In this document: positions 9,521 to 19,961 of the stretch, piece after piece
How the letters are laid out: the number at the start of each line of letters is the position of its first letter
Numbering within the stretch: position 1 is the stretch's first letter
Virus record (IMG/VR): IMGVR_UViG_2791355120_000002
Location: 13,121-77,120 of that record
DNA from: a virus
Lineage: Duplodnaviria; Caudoviricetes
Direction: 5' to 3' (one strand)
Length of the DNA stretch: 64,000 nucleotides
The notes under the pieces: generated by a model
Told to the model about the DNA's origin: nothing
The model's input: only the letters and a program-made list of their open reading frames with translations
Database searches by the model: none
Position numbers and translations under genes: made by a program

Positions 9521-10062
9521 CCTGGCACACGTTCAACCGCGCTGAGCTTGACGCGTTCAAAGCGACCTGGCATTGCCACGGGCTGCCCGACTCGCTCAAT
9601 TCCCTATCCTTCGAATTCGCCAGCAATGGCGATTTGGTCGACATCGAAGCTAAAGCCCGCAACGGCCGGCCGCTCGACTCGGCAGACTTTGACGGACCGG
9701 CCATGGTCGCGCTTGCCGAAGATGCAAAGCGGCTGGCAGCCGAGCCGATAACTCCCGTTCTATTCCGCGTTCATCGTGCGCCTAAGACACACGGCGACGA
9801 CGTGACGGCCGTTTTCCCTGCCGAGCCACACGACCTAACCGGCCGCTATATGACCTGTTACGCTCATATCGGGCAGCACGGCGCGTGCGGTTGGGAATGG
9901 TATCGCCGCACGCGGCCGGCGACTCCTGCCGAGTATGCCAGTTTGAAGGCTGAGCTTGAGTCGGCGCCCTATGGCTACCGCTTGAAAGTTTGCCAGCGGA
10001 TTCAGCGCGACCATCGCAAAGCCTTTGACGCGGAATTGCAGCGGCTCAGGCGCACCGCATGA
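9517..10062 (+). CDS. Hypothetical protein
   Basis: ATGA overlap; CYAHIGQH motif. Confidence 0.7.
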   Translation: MTWHTFNRAELDAFKATWHCHGLPDSLNSLSFEFASNGDLVDIEAKARNGRPLDSADFDGPAMVALAEDAKRLAAEPITPVLFRVHRAPKTHGDDVTAVFPAEPHDLTGRYMTCYAHIGQHGACGWEWYRRTRPATPAEYASLKAELESAPYGYRLKVCQRIQRDHRKAFDAELQRLRRTA

Positions 10063-11219
10063 GTCAGCTTCCACTCGGCAACGGCGCCGCGATTCCGTGG
10101 CGCTATCTCACGCGGCATATCGGCATTTTCGGCGCCACGGGCTCGGGCAAAACAACGACTCTCGGCGCCATTGCCGAGCGGGCGCCATGTCCGACTCTTA
10201 TCCTGGACGCTAAAGGCGATTTGGCTTCGCTCGGGCAGCGGCTTCTAAGGCCTACCATGCGAGTCGACGCAATGGGCGCCGACTTGATCGCACGGGCTTT
10301 AGACCTGAGCGAAGCGCAAGCCGGCGCCTTGCAAATCGCTATGGCGTGGGCGGAAGATTCCGGCCGCGCCATTGTCACGTTGGCAGACTTGCGCGACCTG
10401 CTAAACGCGGCGCTGCAGCATGATCTAAGCGCGCGATATGGTCTCATCTCCCCTGTTAGCGTCGCGGCCGTTCAACGGGCTTTGTTGCGCCTGGAACGCG
10501 GCGCGCCATGGGCTTTCGACCTGCCGAGCCATAACCCTATCGACACAACGGGAATCACGGTTTACGCGGCAGCCGAGTTAACCGCGCTGCCCGGCCTATA
10601 TGGCGCCTTTGCCGCGCATGTGTTGGAACGGCTTTATCAGGGGCTCGGCGAAATCGGCGACGTTGCCGCGCCTGGACTCCTTGTGCTGATAGATGAGGCT
10701 CATCTAATCTTTGACGGCGCCACGGCCGCAATCGTGCGGCGAATAGAGCAAATCACACGACTCATTCGATCGAAGGGAGTCGGGCTAATTTTCGTGACGC
10801 AATCCCCTAGCGATCTCCCGCATATTGTTTCCGGTCAGCTTGCGACGCGGATTCAGCACGCATTGCGCGCTTCCACTCCAATGCATCACAAGGCCTTGAA
10901 AGCGGCAGCCGAGACCATGCCGGGCAATATCAGCGCGGCAAGCATTCTCGGGCTAGCAACCGGGCAGGCAATCGTTAGCACGCCAGATTGCACGGGCAAG
11001 CCGCTACCTGGCCGCGTCGTCGCAATCCAGCGCGGCCGGCTGCCGTTGCACGCGGTTGAATTGCCAGCGCCCACGGCGCGACGGCAGCGCCCGAGAATGC
11101 CCGAGCCGAGCCGAGCGGCGCCGGCAGCGCCACGGCCGCGCCCGTGGTATTTCTGGCCGCTATTGTGTCTCGCGGCGCTATGGGGCGCCGTGCTGCTAGG
11201 CTATGTGTCGCCGCACTAG
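10059..11219 (+). CDS. HerA/DUF853-like P-loop ATPase with Pro-rich linker and C-terminal TM
   Basis: GATGSGKT; IDEAHLIF; RLIRSKGVGLIFVTQSP; IQHALRA. Confidence 0.85.
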   Translation: MSQLPLGNGAAIPWRYLTRHIGIFGATGSGKTTTLGAIAERAPCPTLILDAKGDLASLGQRLLRPTMRVDAMGADLIARALDLSEAQAGALQIAMAWAEDSGRAIVTLADLRDLLNAALQHDLSARYGLISPVSVAAVQRALLRLERGAPWAFDLPSHNPIDTTGITVYAAAELTALPGLYGAFAAHVLERLYQGLGEIGDVAAPGLLVLIDEAHLIFDGATAAIVRRIEQITRLIRSKGVGLIFVTQSPSDLPHIVSGQLATRIQHALRASTPMHHKALKAAAETMPGNISAASILGLATGQAIVSTPDCTGKPLPGRVVAIQRGRLPLHAVELPAPTARRQRPRMPEPSRAAPAAPRPRPWYFWPLLCLAALWGAVLLGYVSPH

Positions 11220-11222
11220 ATC

Positions 11223-11250
11223 AAAGCCCGGTTAAGCCGGGCTTTTCTTT
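11223..11250 (+). terminator. Terminator closing the early block (may be bidirectional)
   Basis: AAAGCCCGG-N5-CCGGGCTTT then TCTTT. Confidence 0.85.
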
Positions 11251-11274
11251 TGCCGCTCGGCAGGTCTCGGGCAG

Positions 11275-11601
11275 CTATCCCCTAATGCATTCATGCTTGA
11301 TCGAGTCGGCGAAATTGCGGGCAGCCAATGCCCTATCGCCGCTGGCCGCTATCGGCTCGGCATAGGCACGGGAAACGATGCTCTCCGCGTCGCCGCTTGC
11401 CTGGCGCATGGCAACGGACTCGGCCGTTCCTAGCTGCCGCAATGCCATTGCCGCGCTAGCGATCTCGGCAAGCCGGTTACACCTGGCGAAATCGATATCA
11501 TGCGGCGCGGCCGATTGCATGGCAGGTCGCGGATTCACCATGGCATTGGCAACCGCGACGGCTGCCGCGCCAATCAACGCAATTCCGATCAATCGCCGCA
11601 T
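11275..11601 (-). CDS. Hypothetical exported protein
   Basis: Signal peptide, GGGAG RBS, two Cys. Confidence 0.65.
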   Translation of the reverse strand: MRRLIGIALIGAAAVAVANAMVNPRPAMQSAAPHDIDFARCNRLAEIASAAMALRQLGTAESVAMRQASGDAESIVSRAYAEPIAASGDRALAARNFADSIKHECIRG

Positions 11602-11983
11602 GTGATCTCCCCTGCCCGGTTGAAATGACGGGCAAGGGCAGGCGGCAACCTGTTATCCCTTGCCCGTCACAAGGTCGCGCGTTGCAGCGCGCAACTCCCA
11701 ATCATCAAAGCCATAGCACAAGCTTTGACGGGCTTTCCGTAGCACGACCGCGCGGACAGCGCGAGTCCGTAATGTTATTACATGACTATAGGAAAATCGT
11801 CCTATTGACGGGATCGGTCGCGCGATTCCGGGCTCGATCGACCGGGCGGCCGGCGCCAGGACCACCCGGAGAAATAGGTCTCAGAGAAATAGACCGACTC
11901 GGCCCCAGAGAAAATTACACGTTATCCGTTCGTAAAATCACGTCAAACGTGATACAGAGAAAATCAGCCACGGAGAAATAGAT

Positions 11984-12529
11984 TTGAAAGCGACCGTCAC
12001 TCCAGCCGAACTGCAACGAAATTTCATCTACGATCCTCATACCGGCTTCATCTACAAACGCTTGGGCGACGGCATCTGGTCAGCGCGCGGTAAACGCTGC
12101 TTCGAAACAGACAACAAGGGCATCTATAAGCAAGGCACCTTTCGCAGGCAGAGTTTCTTTGCACACCGGGTCGTGTGGGCCATCCACTATGGTGAGTGGC
12201 CGGCTGATGGCTATGAAATCGATCACATTAACGGCGACGGGAAAGACAATCGGATCGAAAACCTGCGACTCGTTTCCCATCTCGAAAACTGCCGCAACCT
12301 CGGTCGTCGATTGCCGAAAAACCCCGAGCGTGACAGTGGCGTAAATGGTGTCTACTGGCACAAGCAGTCGAGGAAATGGATGGCCAGGATCAAGATCAAC
12401 GGAAAGTGGATTTATCTCGGCACATACAGCCATCTCGACGAGGCGGTGAGGATACGCAAGGATGCCGAGAAAGCCTACGGATTCCACGCCAACCATGGGG
12501 CTCGACCGGCTAAGCAAAAAGCCGCGTAG
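11984..12529 (+). CDS. HNH endonuclease with AP2-like domain
   Basis: AHRVVW...IDHINGDGKDNRIENLR; SGVNGVYW...YLG. Confidence 0.9.
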   Translation: MKATVTPAELQRNFIYDPHTGFIYKRLGDGIWSARGKRCFETDNKGIYKQGTFRRQSFFAHRVVWAIHYGEWPADGYEIDHINGDGKDNRIENLRLVSHLENCRNLGRRLPKNPERDSGVNGVYWHKQSRKWMARIKINGKWIYLGTYSHLDEAVRIRKDAEKAYGFHANHGARPAKQKAA

Positions 12530-12613
12530 GAGAAAATCACACAGGGCTCGTTATTTCACTTGACCGGGTGCAGATATTCACGTTAAAAGTGAAACCAGAA
12601 CAGGGAGACGTTG

Positions 12614-15311
12614 ATGCCATACAGCCGAACCGCCGAGAAACTGATGCTTGCCAAGCGGCTTCTGATGGAAGCCTACAAGGCGGCCGAGGAAGAACGGCTG
12701 CCGCTGGCCATGGTCCGGCAGATCGACTCCCTCGCAGGAAGGGCCGAGGGTCTTCAAAATCGAATCGAGCAGAGGGGGTCTAAGCGGAAATGAAAGAGAT
12801 GTTGAAACTTGCCAGGGCTGCGATCGATGCCGGCCAAGATCGGTCCAGCTTCGCGCAGGAAGCCGAGGCTGCTTTCGACGAGGCCTCACAGGAATGCAAG
12901 CACGCTTGGGAGCGCAGTTGGGGTTTTGGCGCCCCGATTATCCACTGCAAGACGTGCGGGCATTGGGAATACGACTAGAATGCCCTTCAACTCGGACACG
13001 TACTACGCCAACAAGTACAGCCGCGCGGCATGGGACTATCTCGCCCAAGCTCGCGAGATCAAGCGCAGGATCGCGGCCGGTGAAAAGCTGCCGCACGCAA
13101 TCGCCGCGCAGGTTGAGTCCTTCGCAAAGTTGGCTCGGAGTTGCATGCACCTGAGCATCAGTAGGAGACGGGTCGCGGCGATGGGAAAGAGGAAATGACC
13201 AACAACCTGGCCGAGAAGATGAACCGTTGCATCGCCATCATGGATGAGCGCGGCGAGGACAACGAATTCGTGCTGCGTTTCATGGATTTTCCAGAATGGA
13301 CCGCCAAGAATACCGGGGTTGTTACTCCGCGCAGGCGAGTGTGGAGCGCGGAGCTTTCCAATCCCTCGCAGCATGTTTGCCTCGGTGAAATCGAAGCCGT
13401 CTACAACTTCGAAGGCAGCACGCCTGACGAGGCTGTTGACGCGCTGCTGATACATCTCGACGAGCTACGACGGGAGATGCGCTGATGGGACAGTGGGGCC
13501 AACCAATCGTCCGCGACGGCGTGACCTTTCTGCCGCATTACGACACTGGCAGCGATCCGTTCGCGCCCATCGGGCCGGCATCGAAGGTCGACAGCGTTCA
13601 GGTGACGGACATCCGCTGCCCGAAGTGTGGCATCCCGATCGAGTTCGACCAGATCGAGTATGTGACGCAGGTGGTCGACCATCCGTTGCCGCGCCGCGAG
13701 CACACGGGCGAAATCATCGTCACGCTATCCTGCCACGGCGAGACCTGGCGCGTGTCGAGCAAGCGAGGGAAGCTGCCGAATGGCTGAGAACGTACTGCCC
13801 AAGCGCGGTCCCTGTCAGCACTTGGAGATCGAGCCTGACAAGCGCGGCAGGCTGGTAATGCGCGATCGGGCTTATCGTTGCCTGTGGCCTGTCCCTGAGC
13901 TTCCTACGCTGCCGGTCAGCATTACCAGTTCGAACTTATTCAAGTGGCCTCCCTACCGTAGTTCGGTCTGGAAGGACGACTGCGCCAAGTGCCCCTGCCA
14001 TGTCGAGAGAGTCAAAGCATGACTCGCAGCTTTCTGCCCAAGCCGAAACGGCCGCTCGGCGAACGCATCGAGGATGCGGAGGAACGCGGAAACCGCTACT
14101 TGGCCGACGCGAACGAGGCTGCCGAAAAAGGGCAGAGGGCCAAGGCGGAAAAGCTCTACGACAAGGGCCAGTTCTGGCTCGATCGAGCGAACAAGTTGAG
14201 AGGTTGGAATTGATGAGCGAGATCACCATCACCTACCGAGGTGTCGAGATTCGGTGCAGCAAGGAGAAATTCGCCGAGGCCAAAGCGAAGGTCGACAAGG
14301 AGTTGGACAGCGGCAAGCCGCGCTACATCGTTTGGCGAGAGGACAAGAACGAAGGATTCGTCACTCTCGATAAGCAGTTGGCCAACCATGCGCGCAAAGG
14401 CGCCGACTCGAATTGCTACTATCCCGATGGTACACTGTCCCATCTGGCGGTGTCCTTCTGCCTACTCACGGGTGACGAAATCTGCACAACAGAGGTCTCG
14501 CCGACCTACGCTGATGCTGTGGCTCCTTACGCTGCCGCAATCCGAATGATCCGCGAGGCGGTCGAAGAAATCTTCGGCCCGGCCGCCAATCTCGAAAGCG
14601 AGGAAGCCGTTTTGCTGCGCGGCCCGGAGCCGCATCATGACGCGGAAGCCATCATCGCCGCCCTGCAAAGAGTAGCTGAGCGCCGTGTCGCGCCAGAAGT
14701 CCTCGCAATGGTCGTTGCAGCCGCTGGCGGCAAGGTCGAAGTGGATCGGCACCAAAACATCCAGCGCGAGATCGTCACCTATGAGGATCACAGCAAAAAC
14801 TGCATCGTCTACAAGGTGAACCAATGACTGCCTACATGCTGCAGCAGCGCGAAGGCGAGAGGACCGTGAAGCACGGTCGTCGCCGGCCGAAGACGACCAC
14901 CCTCAAGAGCTATGACGTGCTCAACGCCGAGGGGAAGGTTATCGGCAGGGTGATGCATGAGATGGCGACGTTCGAGCGTAAGCCGCGCGGCCAGATGTGG
15001 GTCACGAGCCGCTGGCACTCGCCGCGCTGGTTCTATCAGCCGGCCAGCCAATGGAAGCGCAGCATCGAATACACGTCGCGCAAGCAGGCGATCGAGGCGC
15101 TGTTGTTGGACGTCGCCTCAAAGGAGGCTGTCGAATGAGCGGCGACAGGCTGACCGAGGACCAGTTGCTGCTGCTTCGCCTGGCCAGGTTTATTCCGCCC
15201 GATGGATGGATTGCGCGCTGGTTCCTGCCGAGTGAAGCGCGAGTCGCATATGCGCAGCGCGTGATTCTGTGGAGCGAAGATCGGGAGCGGATCGAGCGTT
15301 CCAAGGTTTAA
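12614..15311 (+). other. Operon of about 10 short, overlapping hypothetical genes (12614, 12790, 12980, 13195, 13485, 13780, 14019, 14213, 14824, 15135)
   Basis: Chain of start/stop overlaps after the promoter/operator at 12560-12592; no family recognised. Confidence 0.7.
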
Positions 15312-15491
15312 TTTTTTTCTTGCTCCACTTTCACGTTTAAATTGACATTCACCAAGAAACGTGTGAATTAGAGACATCAACGGAGACAGCCATGTACGGC
15401 GTCGAGATAGCAGCAGCCCTCATCATCTTCGGCGTGATTGCCATCAACGCGCTCGCCGCGCTCGCCATCTGCCAGGCCACGGAGAAGTGGG

Positions 15492-15686
15492 ATGATTAGT
15501 CCTGCTAAGAAGATCAAATGCAAAGACTGCAACGGCGCCGGCTTCTACTTGAAGCACGAAGGCCACGGCTACTATCGCGACGGCAGTTTCGGCCACAACG
15601 AATGGGAAGACTGCCGTCCCTGCGGCGGCACTGGCGATGCCCGCGAGCGCTTGGATTTCAAACCCGAGGCGGTTGAAAATGCGTAA
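15492..15686 (+). CDS. Small DnaJ-type zinc-finger protein
   Basis: CKDCNGAG and CRPCGGTG. Confidence 0.65.
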   Translation: MISPAKKIKCKDCNGAGFYLKHEGHGYYRDGSFGHNEWEDCRPCGGTGDARERLDFKPEAVENA

Positions 15687-16197
15687 GCTCATCCTCGCCA
15701 CCGCCTTCCTTTCGAGCCTCACCACGGCCGCCCACGGCAAGGAGATCGCCTTCCTGGTCGACGGCGACACTGGCGGCAAGACCAAACTCTACGAGGAAAA
15801 GGCGCAGGCGATCGGCCGATCCAAGGTGATCATTGACGGCCTGTGCCTGTCGGCCTGCACCATGTTCCTGCGCAAGGATTGGGCGCTTGATGTCTGCTAC
15901 ACGGAAAGCGCGCTGTTCGGCTTTCACAAGCCGTTCCAGTGGGACAAGGATCACGTCGTCACCGGTATCTCCGCGATCACGCAGGCTGACACTGATTGGC
16001 GCGTGATGTTCTTCGAGCAGATGCCATCTCGAGTCCAGGCCTTGCTCACCGGCAAACAGATACCCGCGCCCGCTGCCGGCGATCCGACCAGCCGCTTCGT
16101 TTACGTCAAGGCCCGCGATCTGCGCGGCGCTGTGAAGCGCTGCGAGCCCAACTGGTCCGCGAAATACGACCTGATCAATGTCGAGGATGTCTACTGA
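15679..16197 (+). CDS. Exported protein, Clp/crotonase-like fold
   Basis: Signal peptide; DTGG...IDGLCLSACT...FGFH. Confidence 0.65.
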   Translation: MRKLILATAFLSSLTTAAHGKEIAFLVDGDTGGKTKLYEEKAQAIGRSKVIIDGLCLSACTMFLRKDWALDVCYTESALFGFHKPFQWDKDHVVTGISAITQADTDWRVMFFEQMPSRVQALLTGKQIPAPAAGDPTSRFVYVKARDLRGAVKRCEPNWSAKYDLINVEDVY

Positions 16198-16372
16198 TGG
16201 CGCGCATCAAGATCACGCCGAAGCCACTGCTCGATTTTGCGACCACCGTCATGGCTGACAATGGGAAGCCCGAGCCCGCTTATCACCAGGCCAATGGTTG
16301 GGTCTGCAAGGTCTGGTTCGATGAGCGCAACGCCATCGCCAATCACATCATGCGAGAAGGAATTTTCCTCCC

Positions 16373-16891
16373 ATGACTTGCATCATCGGACTCATCGACA
16401 AGGGTCGCGTCTGGATGGGCGCGGACAGTTCCGCCAACTTCGAAGGCGACGAGATCGAGACGTGGGTCAATCCGAAGGTCTTCCCGAGCGGAGAGTACCT
16501 GATCGGCTTCACCGGCTCGTTCCGCGTCGGCCAGCAATTGCAGCACGGCAACCATTTCAAGCCGCTGCCGGCTGGCCACGACATCATGGCGCACCTGGTC
16601 ACGGTGGTGATGCCCGACCTGAAGAAGGTCGTCGGCAAATCTGCGCCTGATGAAATGCTCATCGCCCACGGCGGCAGGCTGTTCAAGGTGGGTGCCGAGT
16701 ATGTCGTGTCCGAGCACACCAACTATGCGGCCGTTGGCACGGGCAAGACGTGGGCTCAGGGAAATATGCATGGCGGCAGCGGAGAGCCCTCATCGCGCTT
16801 GCGGCGCGCCCTGTCAGCCGCGCAGGCGCATTGCAGCAGCGTGCGCGAGCCATTCGTTGTGCAGGTATCAACCAAGGAGACGGACCAATGA
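16373..16891 (+). CDS. Ntn-hydrolase (HslV/proteasome-beta-like) peptidase
   Basis: N-terminal M-T-C-I-I; GADS, K, GFTG and AVGTG motifs. Confidence 0.75.
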   Translation: MTCIIGLIDKGRVWMGADSSANFEGDEIETWVNPKVFPSGEYLIGFTGSFRVGQQLQHGNHFKPLPAGHDIMAHLVTVVMPDLKKVVGKSAPDEMLIAHGGRLFKVGAEYVVSEHTNYAAVGTGKTWAQGNMHGGSGEPSSRLRRALSAAQAHCSSVREPFVVQVSTKETDQ

Positions 16892-17105
16892 TGCAAGTTC
16901 TCGAATTCTACGTGTCGGGTTTCTGGACCTGGCTCGGCATAACCATAGGCCTCGGCATGATCTGTGGTGGCGCCCGCAACGCACTGGTCTTCGGCCTGAA
17001 CGTGTGGCGCTCATGATTCTTGATCGCTACTGCGCACCGCCGCCACCTGTCCCCGCGCGGCCGAAGAAGCCGCCGACCATCGATATCGAACGGGAGAACC
17101 GCAAC

Positions 17106-17441
17106 ATGCATTTCATTTTCGACTGCGACGGCGTGCTGCTCGACTGGACGCGCGGCTTCCGTCATTGGGTCTTCGCCGCCCACGGGATCAAGCCGAGCGC
17201 CAGCGGGCCGCGCTCATGGTCTCTGTTCAGTTGGCTTGGACTGCCCGAGGCGCGCTGCTTCGAACTCATCCAAGAGTTCAACGCTTCGCAGGCCTTCGGG
17301 GAACTCTACGCCCTGCCCGGCGCGAATGACTGCATCGCCAAACTCAAAGCGCGCGGCGGCTGGACAGTGAGCAAATCGATCGCGGGTGCCGGCAACGTGG
17401 CCGAATACCGGCTTGAAGCGCGCCCAAACATTCACGTTTAA
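17106..17441 (+). CDS. HAD-family nucleotidase-like protein, apparently truncated
   Basis: FDCDGVLLDW motif I; only 111 aa and later HAD motifs not visible. Confidence 0.55.
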   Translation: MHFIFDCDGVLLDWTRGFRHWVFAAHGIKPSASGPRSWSLFSWLGLPEARCFELIQEFNASQAFGELYALPGANDCIAKLKARGGWTVSKSIAGAGNVAEYRLEARPNIHV

Positions 17442-17463
17442 CGTGATTTACAAGGAAACAACT

Positions 17464-17883
17464 GTGAAGTCCAAACCTGAATTCCACCACCCTGGCCTGA
17501 GCGAAACCGAGTTGAAGGCCTTCGAGGGCCTGCGCGCCGCGCAGCAGCTTGCGCACGAGACCGCCACCAACGCCGGCTGGTACACCGACCGGGAAACCGG
17601 GCAGCCGATCGAGCGCAACTTCGGCGAAGTGGTCGCGCTCATGCACTCGGAACTGTCCGAGGCGCTTGAGGCCGATCGCAAGGGCAAGCGGCAGGACGAC
17701 AAGCTGCCGTGGCGCAATGCCGTCGAAGTCGAACTGGCCGATTGCGTCATTCGCATCTTCGACACGGCGGCAGCGCGTGGCTACGACCTGGCCGCCGCCA
17801 TTCTCGACAAGAATCGCTTCAACCGCGAGCGGGCCGACCACAAGTTGGAGAACCGGCTGCTGCAAGGCGGGAAACGCTATTGA
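17464..17883 (+). CDS. MazG-like NTP pyrophosphohydrolase
   Basis: LMHSELSEALEA...EVELADCVIRIFD. Confidence 0.8.
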   Translation: MKSKPEFHHPGLSETELKAFEGLRAAQQLAHETATNAGWYTDRETGQPIERNFGEVVALMHSELSEALEADRKGKRQDDKLPWRNAVEVELADCVIRIFDTAAARGYDLAAAILDKNRFNRERADHKLENRLLQGGKRY

Positions 17884-18125
17884 TGCGCCGCTACCTCGCC
17901 AACATCAAGCGGCTCTGGCGCGGCCGTCGCGACTTCCTGATCGCCCTGCGCCCCGTGCTCGTGGCCTACGCCTGGCACGCCTTTTGGGTCGCGCTGCTGA
18001 CCTTCGTGCTGGCCGGCCACTTCGTCACCGCCGCGATCGTCTGGCTGCTGCTCTGCAACGCCGGCCGCGACGCCGCGCTCGGCTACGGCTTCATCAATCA
18101 ACGCCAACTCTGAGGGAGACACGAC

Positions 18126-18296
18126 ATGAGCATCAAGCATCTCTGGATCATCGGCGCCCTGCTGCTCGCGGCCGGCTGCGCCAACCATCGCACGACCTAC
18201 GGCAACCGCGACTACACCAACACGTCGTTCCAGGGTGGAGGCGTCAACCAGGATGTCTTCTTGCCGGGCAACTACGTCAACCCGCATTCCTTCTGA
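18126..18296 (+). CDS. Small lipoprotein
   Basis: GAGGGAG RBS; LAAGC lipobox. Confidence 0.6.
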   Translation: MSIKHLWIIGALLLAAGCANHRTTYGNRDYTNTSFQGGGVNQDVFLPGNYVNPHSF

Positions 18297-18305
18297 GGCG
18301 GCGTC

Positions 18306-18533
18306 GTGAGCGAGACATTTGATTTCACCGTCGCCCTGAGTCGCATGAAGACCGAAGGTGCGAGGGTCAGACGCCGCGCGTGGAAGCCAAACAAATACGT
18401 TTGGATCAAGCCGGCCACGGCCGACAGCATGTCCTACCCCGAACTCGTCTACATCGACGGCAGCGGGCGCAGGGCTCCTTGGGGCGTCACCCGCTGCGAT
18501 CTTCTCGAAGATGATTGGGAGTTCGCAGCATGA
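18306..18533 (+). CDS. DUF2829 / Tad2-like protein
   Basis: F..AL..MK.G.RV.R.AW ... PW....DLL.DDW pattern. Confidence 0.7.
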   Translation: MSETFDFTVALSRMKTEGARVRRRAWKPNKYVWIKPATADSMSYPELVYIDGSGRRAPWGVTRCDLLEDDWEFAA

Positions 18534-19673
18534 CCAAGAAGAAGTCGATCTCCGTTCTGCTCGAAGAAGCGAAGGCTCACATCGCAGCGATGTCACCTGA
18601 AGAACGCGAAGCCATGTGGCAGGCGCAGCGCGAGAGTTGGGTGCGCGGTGAGATGGCGATGGGCGAGTCGAGCCTCGTTCTCAAAGCCCACGGGCCGAGC
18701 GGGGAAATGCGAAACACGCATCTGCTCGACTGGCTATCGGATGGCTACACCCACTGCAGCTACGGCACGAAGGAATGGTGCGAGCGTTATCTGAACAACG
18801 CACGGGCGGTGATCATCGCGCAGGATCGCACCCTCTCCACCGCCGTGGCCTTGTGCGACTGGCACATAAACTCGGCCGTGCGGTGCAAGGACGCCTACAA
18901 GAACGGCGTGCCCATGGACATCGTGATCCAGGACTATCGGGAACTGCGCGAGAGCATCGCGGCGCTCGGCGACAAGCTGGAGCCATGGGTGCCCGAGCCG
19001 CCTTCCGGCTGGTTCTTGAAGCGCGCTGCCCACGAGCACACGCCCATCATCTTCAACGGCGACACGCACAAGCCGGTGCCCCATTCGGAAGGCCCGTGGC
19101 TCGTCGAGTTTCAACGTCTGCCTCACGGCGGCTGGCTGACCGAGGGTCGCGGCCGAACGTTCGGTGAGGCGTGGGAGCGTGCCTGCGCTGCCGTGGCGCG
19201 GAGGGCAGCGGCATGAGCGAGTACCATATGGCCATTCATCGCTGCGCTGAGCGCTATCGTGACATGCAGATCGCTGCCGGCGTACCGAGTACCGATCCGC
19301 TCTGGAAGTTCAACATGGAACTCATGTTCGGGTGCCGAGACGGCTTGCCCATCATGAAGTTGAACCGCTGGCTCGGCTACATCCAAGGGGTGCTTATCGA
19401 GCGAGGCCTGACGACTGTTCAAGCCGAGCGGGATTGGACTCGCCCACTATTCCGGCCGCTGGACTTCCCCTCGGAGGCGGCATGAACATCACCGTAACGC
19501 TCCAATGGTGGCTTCTCCCATTGGTCACGACGATCGTCCTGTTCACCTGGACCTTCGCCACGCCACCGGAGCCGTCCAGCGGCTACGGTTTCGATCTGAT
19601 GCCGCTCATCCGCTTCGGCATATCGGCGATCATATCGTTGGCCGCGTGGCTCATTTGGGCCTTGCTGACGTGA
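18530..19673 (+). other. Three coupled hypothetical genes (18530-19216, 19213-19485, 19482-19673)
   Basis: ATGA overlaps; the last has two TM segments. Confidence 0.65.
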
Positions 19674-19675
19674 GC

Positions 19676-19912
19676 CTACTCAGCCCGCCAAACCTTGGCC
19701 TCTTTCGCGGCAGCCTCAAAGGCCAGGCGCGCCTCGTCTACTGTGTGCTTGCCCTCCATGACCCCATAGCAGATCGGATAGGCCGCCTTCAGCATCGGTC
19801 CTTTGCGCGGCCAGGTCTGCATCTGCTCGATCGCCGTCTCAACCGATTTCACACCAAGCGTGTGGCCGGTCGCCAATTCCTTCACGCATACGGCCGGCCA
19901 GAACCAAAGCAT
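19676..19912 (-). CDS. DUF982-family protein
   Basis: V.SVETAIE....WP...C.......EARLAFEAAAKEA. Confidence 0.7.
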   Translation of the reverse strand: MLWFWPAVCVKELATGHTLGVKSVETAIEQMQTWPRKGPMLKAAYPICYGVMEGKHTVDEARLAFEAAAKEAKVWRAE

Positions 19913-19961
19913 CCCTAATATTTGCGCCGGCCGTTGCGGCTGGCAAGACCATGAGGAAAAG

